Position numbers and translations under genes: made by a program. A DNA stretch of 64,000 nt from Octopus vulgaris (taxonomy: Eukaryota), in assembly GCA_951406725.2 (NCBI GenBank), contig OX597826.1, positions 71,362,001 through 71,426,000 on the forward strand, read 5' to 3'. The notes beneath the pieces were generated by a model, which saw only the letters and a program-made list of their open reading frames with translations, was not told where the DNA came from and made no database searches. Every line of letters begins with the position of its first letter. Position 1 is the first letter of the stretch. Shown in pieces: positions 25,657-37,199 of this stretch.

Positions 25657-26055
25657 GCTGGCAGAATCGTTAGCACGCCGGGTGAAATGCTTTGTGGTAT
25701 TTCGTCCGCCGCTGCGTTCTGAGTTCAAATTCCACCGAGGTCGACTTTGCCTTTCATCCTTTCGGGGTCGATTAATTAAGTACCAGTCACGCACTGGGGT
25801 CGATGTAATCGACTTAATCCGTATGTTTGTCATTGTTTGTCCCCTCTGTGTTTAGCCCCTTGTGGGTAATAAAGAAATAGGTATTTCGTCCGCCGCTACG
25901 TTCTGAGTTCAAATTCCACCGAGGTCGACTTTGCCTTTCATCCTTTCGGGGTCGATTAAATAAGTACCAGTTACGCATAGGGGTCTATGTAATCCCTTTG
26001 TCTGTCCTTGTTTGTCCCCCTCTGTGTTTAGCCCATTGTGGGTAGTAAAGAAATA
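25657..26055 (+). mobile_element. SINE family B dimer (head plus two bodies)
   Basis: Second unit restarts at ggtatttcgtcc directly after the tail aaagaaata. Confidence 0.85.
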
Positions 26056-26351
26056 GTGTATATATATATTTGTGTGTGTGTGTGTTTAAATCATTTTTTG
26101 ATACATTCTATTACATTTTCAGACATGTCATTGAGGCAGTTGCAAACCTCTTTCAGTCTCGTGCGGCAATACTTTGAAATCTGAGGCGTTAGTTGGCAAA
26201 GAGGCTGCCAACACTGTTACAACAAACAGGATATAATAGCTTTTGCAGAATTTGACCACGTTGTCACTTCTTGTCAACAGTGACAGATGATTAGATTTAA
26301 TAATTAATGTCAGTACAAATAGAGAAGAAAACAAAAGTAGATAAAAACAAC

Positions 26352-26376
26352 GTGTGCGTATGTGTGTGTGCGTGCG

Positions 26377-26408
<32 letters not shown>

Positions 26409-26778
26409 CGTATTTGTGTGTGTTTGCATGATTGTGTGTGTGTGCGTGCGTGTGTGTTTGCGTGTGTGTGTGTGTGTGTGTGTTGCGTGTTTGTGTGTGT
26501 GTGTGTTTGCGTGTGTTTGCGTGTTTGCGTGTTTGTGTGTGTGTGTGTGTTTGCGTGTTTGTGTGCGTGTGTGTGAGTGTTTGAGTGTGTGTGTCTGTTT
26601 GCGTGTTTGTGTGTGTGTGTGTTTTTGCGTGTGTGTGTGTTTGCGTGTTTGTGTGTGTGTGTTTGCGTGTTTGTGTGTGTGTGTGTTTGCGTGTTTGTGT
26701 GTGTGTGTGCGTGTGTGTGTGTGCGTGTGTGTGTGTGTGTGCGTGTGTGTGTGTGTGTGTTTGCGTGTTTGTGTGTGT
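26352..26778. repeat. (GT)n-derived compound microsatellite with gtttgc interruptions
   Basis: Direct read; (GGTA)n follows at about 26945-27050. Confidence 0.95.
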
Positions 26779-27109
26779 AATCCTTCTCATATGGAATATG
26801 TTTGTTAAAAGTCTTCTTTGTCACGAATGGCGAAAAAGCTGGCCTCTACAGGAAGTAAAGCTCTTTTCATTGAAATTTAGAAATAGCAACCGGGTATTCG
26901 TCTGTGTATGATGCATGTATTGTTGTATGAATGTATGTGTGCAGGTGGGTAGGTTGATGGGTGGGTAGCTAGGTAAGTAGGTAGGCTGGTAGTTAAATAG
27001 GTAGGTAGGTAGGTAGGTAGGTAGGTAGGTAGGTAGGTAGGTAGGTGGGTAGCTATGCGTATAACCAAAAATCCTTTCAACTATAGGCACGAGGCCTTAA
27101 ATTTATTGG

Positions 27110-27412
27110 GTGGATTCGCTAAATAAGAGGAAAATACAGCTGGAAAATATGTGGAGACTTGAAGGTGATTGGAATGTTGATGGGAATGCAATCTGGGTTC
27201 ACGAAATATTGTTGCTTTTTATACCTATGGGACAGTCGTGCAACTAACAAGCACTATGTGCAATCAGAGTGGCCCTTGCGAAAATCATGAGTCAGGAGTT
27301 TCTAACGTCCAGAGTAAGCTACTTTTAAACCCAGAAAATGTTCTTCTTTCCCCTCTTCACATAAAGCTTGGCCCCATGAAACAATTTGTGAAGACACTTG
27401 CCAGGAAAAGCT
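27110..27412 (+). pseudogene. Chapaev3-like (CMC) transposase remnant, segment 1
   Basis: WKICGDLKVIGMLMGMQSGFTKYCCF..LWDSRATNKHYVQSEWP...VLLSPLHIKLGPMKQFVKTL; family label from recalled motifs. Confidence 0.75.
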
Positions 27413-27416
27413 CAGA

Positions 27417-30400
27417 TATCAGGAATGTCTGGAATGTCAGGAATGTCTGGAATGTCAGGAATTTCAGAGATCAAAGACGGTGCCGACAGAGATGAAGGAG
27501 TGTGCCGACAAAGACCAAATAGTGTGCCGACAAAGATCAAAGGCGGTGCCGACAGAGATCAAAGACGGTGCCGACAGAGATCAAAGAGTGTGCCGACAAA
27601 GATCAAAGACGGTGTCGACAAAGATCAAATACTGTGCCGACAAAGATCAAAGACGGTGCCGACAAAGATCAAAGACGGTGCCGACAAAGATCAAAGACGG
27701 TGCCGACAAAGATCAAAGACGGTGCCGACAGATATCAAAGACGGTGCCAACAGAGATCAAAGACGGTGCCAACATAGATCAAAGAGTGTGCCGACAAACC
27801 GGTTCAAACCGGATCAAAGCGGACCAAACCGGTTCGAACAGGATCAAACCAGTTCAAACCGGATCAAGCCTGATCAAACCGGTACATATGTCAGGAATGC
27901 CTGGAATGTCAGGAATGTCTGGGATGTGTGGAATGTCTGGAATGTCAGGAATATCAGAGATCAAAGACGGTGCCGACAAAGATCAAAGACGATGCCGACA
28001 AAGATCAAAGAGTGTGCCGACAAAGATCAAATAGTGTGCCGACAAAGATCAAAGGCGGTGCCGACAGAGATCAAAGACGGTGCCGACAGAGATCAAAGAG
28101 TGTGCCGACAAAGATCAAAGACGGTGTCGACAAAGATCAAATACTGTGCCGACAAAGATCAAAGACGGTGCCGACAGAGATCAAAGACGGTGCCGACAGG
28201 GATCAAAGACGGTACCGACATAGATCAAAGAGTGTGCCGACAAAGATCAAAGACGGTGCCGACAGAGATCAAAGAGTGTGCCGACAAAGATCAAAGAGTG
28301 TGCCGACAAAGATCAAAGAGGGTGCCGACAGAGATCAAAGATCAAAGAGTGTGCCGACAAACCGGTTCAAACCGGACAAAACCGGATCGAACTGGATCAA
28401 ACCATTCAAACCGGATGAGACCGGATCAAACCCGTTCAAACCGGATCACACCGGTTCAAACCGGATCAAACCGATTCAAGTCTGATCAAATGTCAGGAAT
28501 GTCTGGAATGCTTGGAATGTCAGGAATGTCAGGAATGTCTGGAATGTCAAGAATTTCAGAGATCAAAGACGGTGCCGACAGAGATCAAAGACGGTGCCGA
28601 CAGGGATCAAAGACGGTACCGACATAGATCAAAGAGTGTGCCGACAAAGATCAAAGACGGTGCCGACAGAGATCAAAGAGTGTGCCGACAAAGATCAAAG
28701 AGTGTGCCGACAAAGATCAAAGAGGGTGCCGACAGAGATCAAAGATCAAAGAGTGTGCCGACAAACCGGTTCAAACCGGATCAAACCGGACAAAACCGGA
28801 TCAAACCGGATCAAACCATTCAAACCGGATGAGACCGGATCAAAACCGTTCAAACCGGATCACACCGGTTCAAACCGGATCAAACCGATTCAAGTCTGAT
28901 CAAATGTCAGGAATGTCTGGACTGCTTGGAATGTCAGGAATGTCAGGAATGTCTGGAATGTCAAGAATTTCAGAGATCAAAGACGGTGCCGACAGAGATC
29001 AAAGAGTGTGCCGACAAAAATCAAAGACGGTGCCGACAGAGATCAAAGACGGTGCCGACAGAGATAAAAGAGTGTGCCGACAAAGATCATAGACGGTGCC
29101 GACAGATATCAAAGACGGTGCCGACATAGATCAAAGAGCGTGCCAACAAAGACCAAAGACGGTGCCGACAAAGATCAAATACGGTGCCGACAGAGATCAA
29201 AGACGGTGCCGACAGAGATCAAAGAGTATGCCGACAAAGATCAAAGACGGTGCCGACAGAGATCAAAGAGTGTGCCGACAAATATCAAAGACGGTGCCGA
29301 AAGAGATCAAAGACAGTGCCGACAGAGATCAAAGGCGATGCCGACATAGATCAAAGAGTGTGCCAACAAAGATCAAAGATGGTGCCGTCAGAGATCAAAG
29401 ACAGTGCCGACAGAGATCAAAGACGGTGCCGACATAGATCAAAGAGTGTGCCGACAAAAATCAAAGACGGTGCTGACATAGATCAAAGAGTGTGCCGACA
29501 AAGATCAAAGACGGTGCCGACAAAGATCAAAGACGGTGCCGATAGAGATCAAAGACAGTGCCGACAGAGATCAAAGACGGTGCCGACATAGATCAAAGAG
29601 TGTGCTGACAAAGATCAAAGACGGTGCCGACAGAGATCAAAGACAGTGCCGACAGAGATCAAAGAGTGTGCCGACAAAGATCAAAGACGGTGCAGACATA
29701 GATCAAAGACGGTGCCGACAGAGATCAAAGAGTGTGCTGACAAAGATCAAAGACGGTGTCGACATAGATCAAAGACGGTGCCGACAGAGATCAAAGACAG
29801 TGCCGACAGAGATCAAAGACGGTGCCGACATAGATCAAAGAGTGTGTCAACAAAGATCAAAGACGGTGCCGACAGAGATCAAAGACGGTGCCAACATAGA
29901 TCAAAGAGTGTGCCGACAAAGATCAAAGACGGTGCCGACAGAGATCAAAGACAGTGCCGACAGAGATCAAAGAGTGTGCCGACAAAGATCAAAGACGGTG
30001 CCGACAAAGATCAAAGAGTGTGCCGACAAAGATCAAATACGGTACCGACATATATCAAAGATAGTGCCGACAGAGATCAAAGACGGTGCCGACAAAGATC
30101 AAAGACGGTGTCGACAGATATCAAAGACGATGCAGACATAGATCAAAGACAGTGCTGACAGAGATCAAAGACGGTGCCGACAGAGATCAAAGAGTGTGCC
30201 GACAAAGATCAAAGACGGTGCCGACAGAGATCAAAGACAGTGCCGACAGAGATCAAAGACGGTGCCGACAGAGATCAAAGAGTGTGCCGACAAAGATCAA
30301 AGACGGTGCCGACAGAGATCAAAGACAGTGCCGACAGAGATCAAAGACGGTGCCAACAGAGATCAAAGACAGTGCCGACAAAGATCAATGACGGTGCCGA

Positions 30401-33400
30401 ATGAGATCAAAGACAGTGGCGACAGAGATCACAGACGGTGCCGACAGAGATCAAAGAGTATGCCGACAAAGATCAAAGACGGTGCCGACAAAGATCAAAG
30501 ACGGTGCCGACAAAGATCAAAGACGGTGCCGACAGAGATCAAAGAGTGTGCCGACAAAGATCAATGACGGTGCCGAATGACATCAAAGACGGTGCCGACA
30601 TAGATCAAAGAGTGTGCCGACAAAGATCAAAGACGGTGCCGACAAAGATCAAAGACGGTGCCGTTAAAGATCAAAGACGGTGCCAACAGAGATCAAAGAG
30701 TGTGCCGACAAATATCAAAGACGGTGCCGACAGAGATCAAAGACAATGCCGACAGAGATCAAAGAGTGTGCCGACAAATATCAAAGACGGTGCCGACAGA
30801 GATCAAAGACAGTGCCGACAGAGATCAAAGGTGATGCCGACATAGATCAAAGAGTGTGCCAACAAAGATCAAAGATGGTGCCGTCAGAGATCAAAGACAG
30901 TGCCGACAGAGATCAAAGACGGTGCCGACATAGATCAAAGAGTGTGCCGACAAAAATCAAAGACGGTGCTGATATAGATCAAAGAGTGTGCCGACAAAGA
31001 TCAAAGACGGTGCCGACAAAGATCAAAGACGGTGCCGACAGAGATCAAAGACAGTGCCGACAGAGATCAAAGACGGTGCCGACATAGATCAAAGAGTGTG
31101 CTGACAAAGATCAAAGACGGTGCGAACAGAGATCAAAGACAGTGCCGACAGAGATGAGATCAAAGAGTGTGCCCACAAAGATCAAAGACGGTGCGGACAT
31201 AGATCAAAGACGGTGCCGACAGAGATCAAAGAGTGTGCCGACAAAGATCAAAGACGGTGTCGACATAGATCAAAGACGGTGCCGACAGAGATCAAAGACA
31301 GTGCCGACAGAGATCAAAGACGGTGCCGACATAGATCAAAGAGTGTGCCAACAAAGATCAAAGACGGTGCCGACAGAGATCAAAGACAGTGCCAACAGAG
31401 ATCAAAGACGGTGCCAACATAGATCAAAGAGTGTGCCGACAAAGATCAAAGACGGTGCCGACAGAGATCAAAGACGGTGCCGACAGAGATCAAAGACGGT
31501 GCCGACAGAGATCAAAGAGTGTGCCGACAAAGATCAATGACGGTGCCGACATAGATCAAACAGTGTACCGACAAAGATCAAAGACGGTGCCGACAGAGAT
31601 CAAAGACAGTGCCGACAGAGATCAAAGACGGTGCCGACAGAGATCAAAGAGTGTGCCGACAAAGATCAATGACGGTGCCGAATGACATCAAAGACGGTGC
31701 CGACATAAATCAAAGAGTGTGCCGACAAAGATCAAAGACGGTGTCGACAAAGATCAAAGACGGTGCCGACAGAGATCAAAGTGTGTGCCGACAAAAATCA
31801 AAGACGGTGCCGACATAGATCAAAGAGTGTGCCGACAAAGATCAAAGACGGTGCCGACGAAGATCAAAGAGTGTGCCGACATAGATCAAAGACGGTGCCG
31901 ACAGAAATCAAAGACAGTGCCGACAGAGATCAAAGACAGTGCCGAAGGAGATTAAAGACGGTGCCGACTTAGATCAAAGAGTGTGTCGACAAAGATCAAA
32001 GACAGTGCCGACAGAGATCAAAGGCGATGCCGACATAGATCAAAGAGTGTGCCGACAAAGATCAATGACGGTGCCGACAGAGATCAAAGACAGTGCCGAC
32101 AGAGATCAAAGACGGTGCCGACATAGATCAAAGAGTGTGCCGACAAAGATCAAAGACGGTGCCGACAGAGATCAAAGACAGTGCCGACAGAGATCAAAGA
32201 CGGTGCCGACAAAGATCAAAGACGGTGCCGACAAAGATCAAGGAGTGTGCCGACAAAGATCAAATACGGTACCGACATATATCAAAGATAGTGCCGACAG
32301 AGATCAAAGACGGTGCCGACAAAGATCAAAGACGGTGCCGACAGAGATCAAAGACGATAAAGACATAGATCAAAGACAGTGCCGACAGAGATCAAAGACG
32401 GTGCCGACAGAGATCAAAGAGTGTGCCGACAAAGATCAAAGACGGTGCCGACAGAGATCAAAGACGGTGCCGACAGAGATCAAAGAGTGAGCCGACAAAG
32501 ATCAAAGACGGTGCCAACAGAGATCAAAGACTGCCGACAGAGATCAAAGACGGTGCCGACAGAGATCAAAGAGTGTGCCGACAAAGATCAATGACGGTGC
32601 CGAATGAGATCAAAGACAGTGCCGACAGAGATCAAAGACGGTGCCGACAGAGATCGAAGAGTATGCCGACAAAGATCAAAGACGGTGCCGACAAAGATCA
32701 AAGACGGTGCCGACAAAGATCAAAGACGGTGCCGACAAAAATCAAAGACGGTGCCGACAGAGATCAAAGAAGGTGCCGACATACATCAAAGAGTGTGCCG
32801 ACAAAGATCAAAGACGGTGCCGACAGAGATCAAAGACATTGCCGACAGAGATCAAAGACGGTGCCGACAGAGATCAAAGACGATGCAGACATAGATCAAA
32901 GACAGTGCCGACAGAGATCAAAGACGGTGCCGACAGAGATCAAAGAGTGTGCCGACAAAGATCAAAGACGGTGCCAACAGAGATCAAAGACAGTGCCGAC
33001 AGAGATCAAAGACGGTGCCGACAGAGATCAAAGAGTGAGCCGACAAAGATCAAAGACGGTGCCGACAGAGATCAAAGACAGTGCCGACAGAGATCATAGA
33101 CGGTGCCGACAGAGATCAAAGAGTGTGCCGACAAAGATCAATGACGGTGCCGACAGAGATCAAAGACAGTGGCGACAGAGATCAAAGACGGTGCCGACAG
33201 AGATCAAAGAGTATGCCGACAAAGATCAAAGACGGTGCCGACAAAGATCAAAGACGGTGCCGACAAAGATCAAAGACAGTGCCGACAGAGATCAAAGAGT
33301 GTGCCGACAAAGATCAAAGACGGTGCCGACAAAGATCAAAGAGTGTGCCGACAAAGATCAAATACGGTGCCGACATATATCAAAGATAGTGCCGACAGAG

Positions 33401-35000
33401 ATCAAAGACAGTGCCGACAGAGATCAAAGACGGTGCCGACATAGATCAAAGAGTGTGGTGACAAAGATCAAAGACGGTGCCGACAGAGATCAAAGACAGT
33501 GCCGACAGAAATCAAAGAGTGTGCCGACAAAGATCAAAGACGGTGCGGACATAGATCAAAGACGGTGCCGACAGAGATCAAAGAGTGTGCCGACAAAGAT
33601 CAAAGACGGTGTCGACATAGATCGAAGACGGTGCCGACAGAGATCAAAGATAGTGCCGACAGAGATCAAAGACGGTGCCGACATAGATCAAAGAGTGTGC
33701 CAACAAAGATCAAAGACGGTGCCGACAAAGATCAAAGACGGTGCCAACATAGATCAAAGAGTGTGCCGACAAAGATCAAAGACGGTGCCGACAGAGATCA
33801 AAGGCGATGCCGACATAGATCAAAGAGTGTGCCAACAAAGATCAAAGATGGTACCGTCAGAGATCAAAGACAGTGCCGACAGAGATCAAAGACGGTGCCG
33901 ACATAGATCAAAGAGTGTGCCGACAAAAATCAAAGACGGTGCCGACATAGATCAAAGAGTGTGCCGACAGGGATCAAAGACGGTGCCGACAAAGATCAAA
34001 GACGGTGCCGACAGAGATCAAAGACGATGCAGACATAGATCAAAGACAGTGCCGACAGAGATCAAAGACGGTGCCGACAGAGATCAAAGAGTGTGCCGAC
34101 AAAGATCAAAGACGGTGCCGACCTAGATCAAAAACAGTGCCGACAGAGATCAAAGACGGTGCCGACAGAGATCAAAGAGTGAGCCGACAAAGATCAAAGA
34201 CTGTGCCGACAGAGATCAAAGACAGTGCCGACAGAGATCAAAGACGGTGCCGACAGAGATCAAAGAGTGTGCCGACAAAGATCAATGACGGTGCCGACAG
34301 AGATCAAAACGGTGCCGACAGAGATCAAAGACAGTGCCGACAGAGATCAAAGACGGTGCCGACATAGATCAAAGAGTGTGCCAACAAAGATTAAAGACGG
34401 TGCCGACAGAGATCAAAGACAGTGCCAACAGAGATCAAAGACGGTGCCAACATAGATCAAAGAGTGTGCCGACAAAGATCAAAGACGGTGCCGACAGAGA
34501 TCAAAGACAGTGCCAACAGAGATCAAAGATTGTGCCGACAAAGATCAAAGACGGTGCCGACAAAGATCAAAGAGTGTGCCGACAAAGATCAAATACGGTG
34601 CCGACATATATCAAAGATAGTGCCGACAGAGATCAAAGACAGTGCCGACAGAGATCAAAGACGGTGCCGACATAGATCAAAGAGTGTCGTGACAAAGATC
34701 AAAGACGGTGCCGACAGAGATCAAAGACAGTGCCGACAGAAATCAAAGAGTGTGCCAACAAAGATCAAAGACGGTGCGGACATAGATCAAAGACGGTGCC
34801 GACAGAGATCAAAGAGTGTACCGACAAAGATCAAAGTCGGTGCCGACAGAGATCAAAGACGGTGCCGACAGAGATCAAAGACGGTGCCGACAGAGATCAA
34901 AGACGGTGCCGGCAGAGATCAAAGACGGTGCCGACATAGATCAAAGAGTGTACCGACAAAGATCAAAGACGGTGCCGACAGAGATCAAAGGCAGTGCCGA
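27417..35000 (+). repeat. 7.6 kb compound satellite: 22-bp unit gatcaaagacggtgccgacaga with 9-bp (ggaatgtcw) and 10-bp (aaaccggwtc) blocks in the first 1.5 kb
   Basis: Direct read; roughly 300 22-mers with recurrent variants cg/gt/ca and aca[g/a/t]a. Confidence 0.97.
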
Positions 35001-35219
35001 AAAGTCCATTTCCTTGATTCACATCTGAACTTTTTGCAGAGGACCTTGGAGCAGTGTCTGATGAGCAAGGGGAATGCTTTCATCAAGATATTGCATCGAT
35101 GGAACAACGATATCAAGGATTTTGGAATGCAGTAATGTTAGCTGACTACTGTTTGGATGTTATACAGGGATGAACCTGAGACAAAACACCATAGAGAGTC
35201 CAAATCCCAAAGATTTTAA
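35001..35219 (+). pseudogene. Chapaev3-like transposase remnant, C-terminal segment
   Basis: KVHFLDSHLNF/AEDLGAVSDEQGECFHQDIASMEQRYQGFWNAVMLADYC/WMLYRDEP...* with frameshifts. Confidence 0.8.
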
Positions 35220-35301
35220 GTTGCTATGCATTTGAGTGCATTCTAACTAATTTAAATTTTGTACAATAAAAAGTCATGAAATTATCGTATCTTGTATTCA
35301 A

Positions 35302-35695
35302 CTAGCAGTATCCCCCGGCGTTGCTCGGGTTTGTAAGGGAAATAACTATATAAGCATTTTTAGAGATGTAAAGTATAATAGCCATCTCAATATGGCTAAC
35401 CACAAAGGGTGGTGTTACTGTAGCTTTTTACGTTCTGAGATTTAATAATACATCTTTAGAGAGTTACCTCCCTTATATAATAGCAAAAAATGCATTAAAA
35501 ATGGGAAAAAATTATGGTAATTTTTTTTTTAAATCGTAGACTCATCGTAGATGCACGCTAATACCCAGAAGGCCTCGATATGAATCACGACTATAAGATA
35601 CCCTCTTTTGGTTACACTGCACCGCAAAATGTGGGAGTAGTTAGGAATCTAAATCGTAGGAGACAGACACACAACTTCACTTTTATATATAAAGA
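35302..35695 (-). mobile_element. Non-autonomous Helitron (subtype 1) nested in the Chapaev-like 3' region
   Basis: Reverse complement of 15125-15521. Confidence 0.85.
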
Positions 35696-35716
35696 TATAC
35701 TTTATATAGAAACGTT

Positions 35717-35952
35717 TTCCGTATTCTGTTGTGTCTGGGGAGAGTCATTTTCTTTTTGTGCCTTATAATGTAACACACTCACCAGTAAAATTTCCACTTA
35801 TTTCTTGAGAGTCAAGACTATTGAAAAGGTTTGCAAGGCGCAACGAAAATTTTAGGAAAATAAAAATAAAAATAAGTGGAAATTTTACCGGTGAGTGTGT
35901 TACATTATAAGGCACAAAAAGAAAATGACTCTCCCCAGACATAACAAAATAT
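35717..35952. repeat. Fold-back element with degenerate hammerhead-like loop
   Basis: Arms about 35717-35803 / 35870-35952; the loop has cua-uugaaaa-..uugc/gcaa-c-GAAA-auuu-uag. Confidence 0.7.
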
Positions 35953-36258
35953 GCTTCAACACACGAACTCATATAAAGAATCTTGCAAACCAAATCCCAA
36001 AAGTTAAAACAGCAGGTATCATTAACATGAAAATGTGACCTGATATGTCATAACAAAATATGCTTCAACACACGAACTCATATAAAGAATCTTGCAAACC
36101 AAATCCAAAAGTTAAAACAGCAGGTATCATTAACATGAAAATGTGACCTGATAGAGGAAATCGGACTTCAGATTCGTAATCAGCATCATAAATTAACGCA
36201 GAAAAGTCAATCGGCAACTCTGATGATTAAAAAAAAAGTTTCATTTCGTTGACCAGTG
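35940..36258 (+). mobile_element. Probable 3' end of the Chapaev-like element, with a tandem duplication of about 109 bp
   Basis: 35940-36044 repeated at 36049-36152; terminus cgttgaccagtg fits a CACTG-type TIR. Confidence 0.5.
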
Positions 36259-36319
36259 TAATTGTAAGAGCATAGGTAATTGTAGCAGCTCGGCACCTGA
36301 AGAAACAGATACGTACTGT

Positions 36320-36406
36320 CCGATGGCGTCGTGGACCGATAGCATCGTGGACCGATGGCGTCGTGGACCGATGGCGTCGTGGACCGATGGTGTCGTGGAC
36401 CGATGG
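36320..36406. repeat. 16-bp minisatellite (ccgatggcgtcgtgga) x5
   Basis: Direct read. Confidence 0.9.
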
Positions 36407-36510
36407 ACGGCTCGGTTTAATTGCTCAGGATCTCAGATCTCCAGGTGGAGAATTTGAGAGTGAGTAATGAGCATATGCTCAATCTTGCCAGAAATGAGCA
36501 GAGAGAAATA

Positions 36511-36857
36511 AGGCGGCGAGCTAAGCAGAAACGTTAGCACGCCGGGCGCGAAATGCTTAGCAGTATTTCGTCTGCCGCTACGTTCTGAGTTCAAATTCCG
36601 CCGAGGCCGATAAATTAAGTACCAGTTACGAACTGGGGGTCGATGTAATCGACTTGATCCGTTCGTCTGTCCTTGTTTGTCCTCTCTGTGTTTAGCCCCT
36701 TGTGGGTAGTAAAGAAATAGGTATTTCGTCTGCCGCTACGTTCTGAGTGGTGGTGGTGGTGGTGCTGGTGGTGGTGGTGGTGTTGGTGCTGGTGCTGGTG
36801 CTGGTGGTGGTGCTGGTGCTGGTGCTGGTGGTGCTGGTTGTGGTGATGGTGGTGGTG

Positions 36858-36910
<53 letters not shown>

Positions 36911-36967
36911 GGCAGTGGTGGTGGTGGTTTGTGGTGGCGGTGGTGGGGGTTTGTGGTGGTGGTTGTG

Positions 36968-37003
<36 letters not shown>

Positions 37004-37005
37004 GT
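36511..37005 (+). repeat. SINE B copy running into (GGT)n/(AGT)n trinucleotide tracts
   Basis: Family B to 36747, then triplet repeats. Confidence 0.9.
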
Positions 37006-37199
37006 GTTTTCAATGGAGAGCTTGAATTATCATTGATAGTTATTTCGTAGTTAGCTGGTGGGGTGGGAATTTGACAGAGGTCGTCATACCATCCAATCAA
37101 GTTTTATTTTTAGTAAACAAATATTTGAAAGGTATTATAACATGTTAAATGTAAACTTGCCTTTAATTACACGTTATGTGCTAATATATACAAATGATA

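Noticed and set aside
27417-35000. CRISPR array or long repetitive protein gene (ORFs up to 567 aa)
   Set aside because: No unique spacers and no cas genes; eukaryotic context. The 22-bp unit cycles through all frames and a common variant (acatag) creates stops, so the ORFs are by-products.
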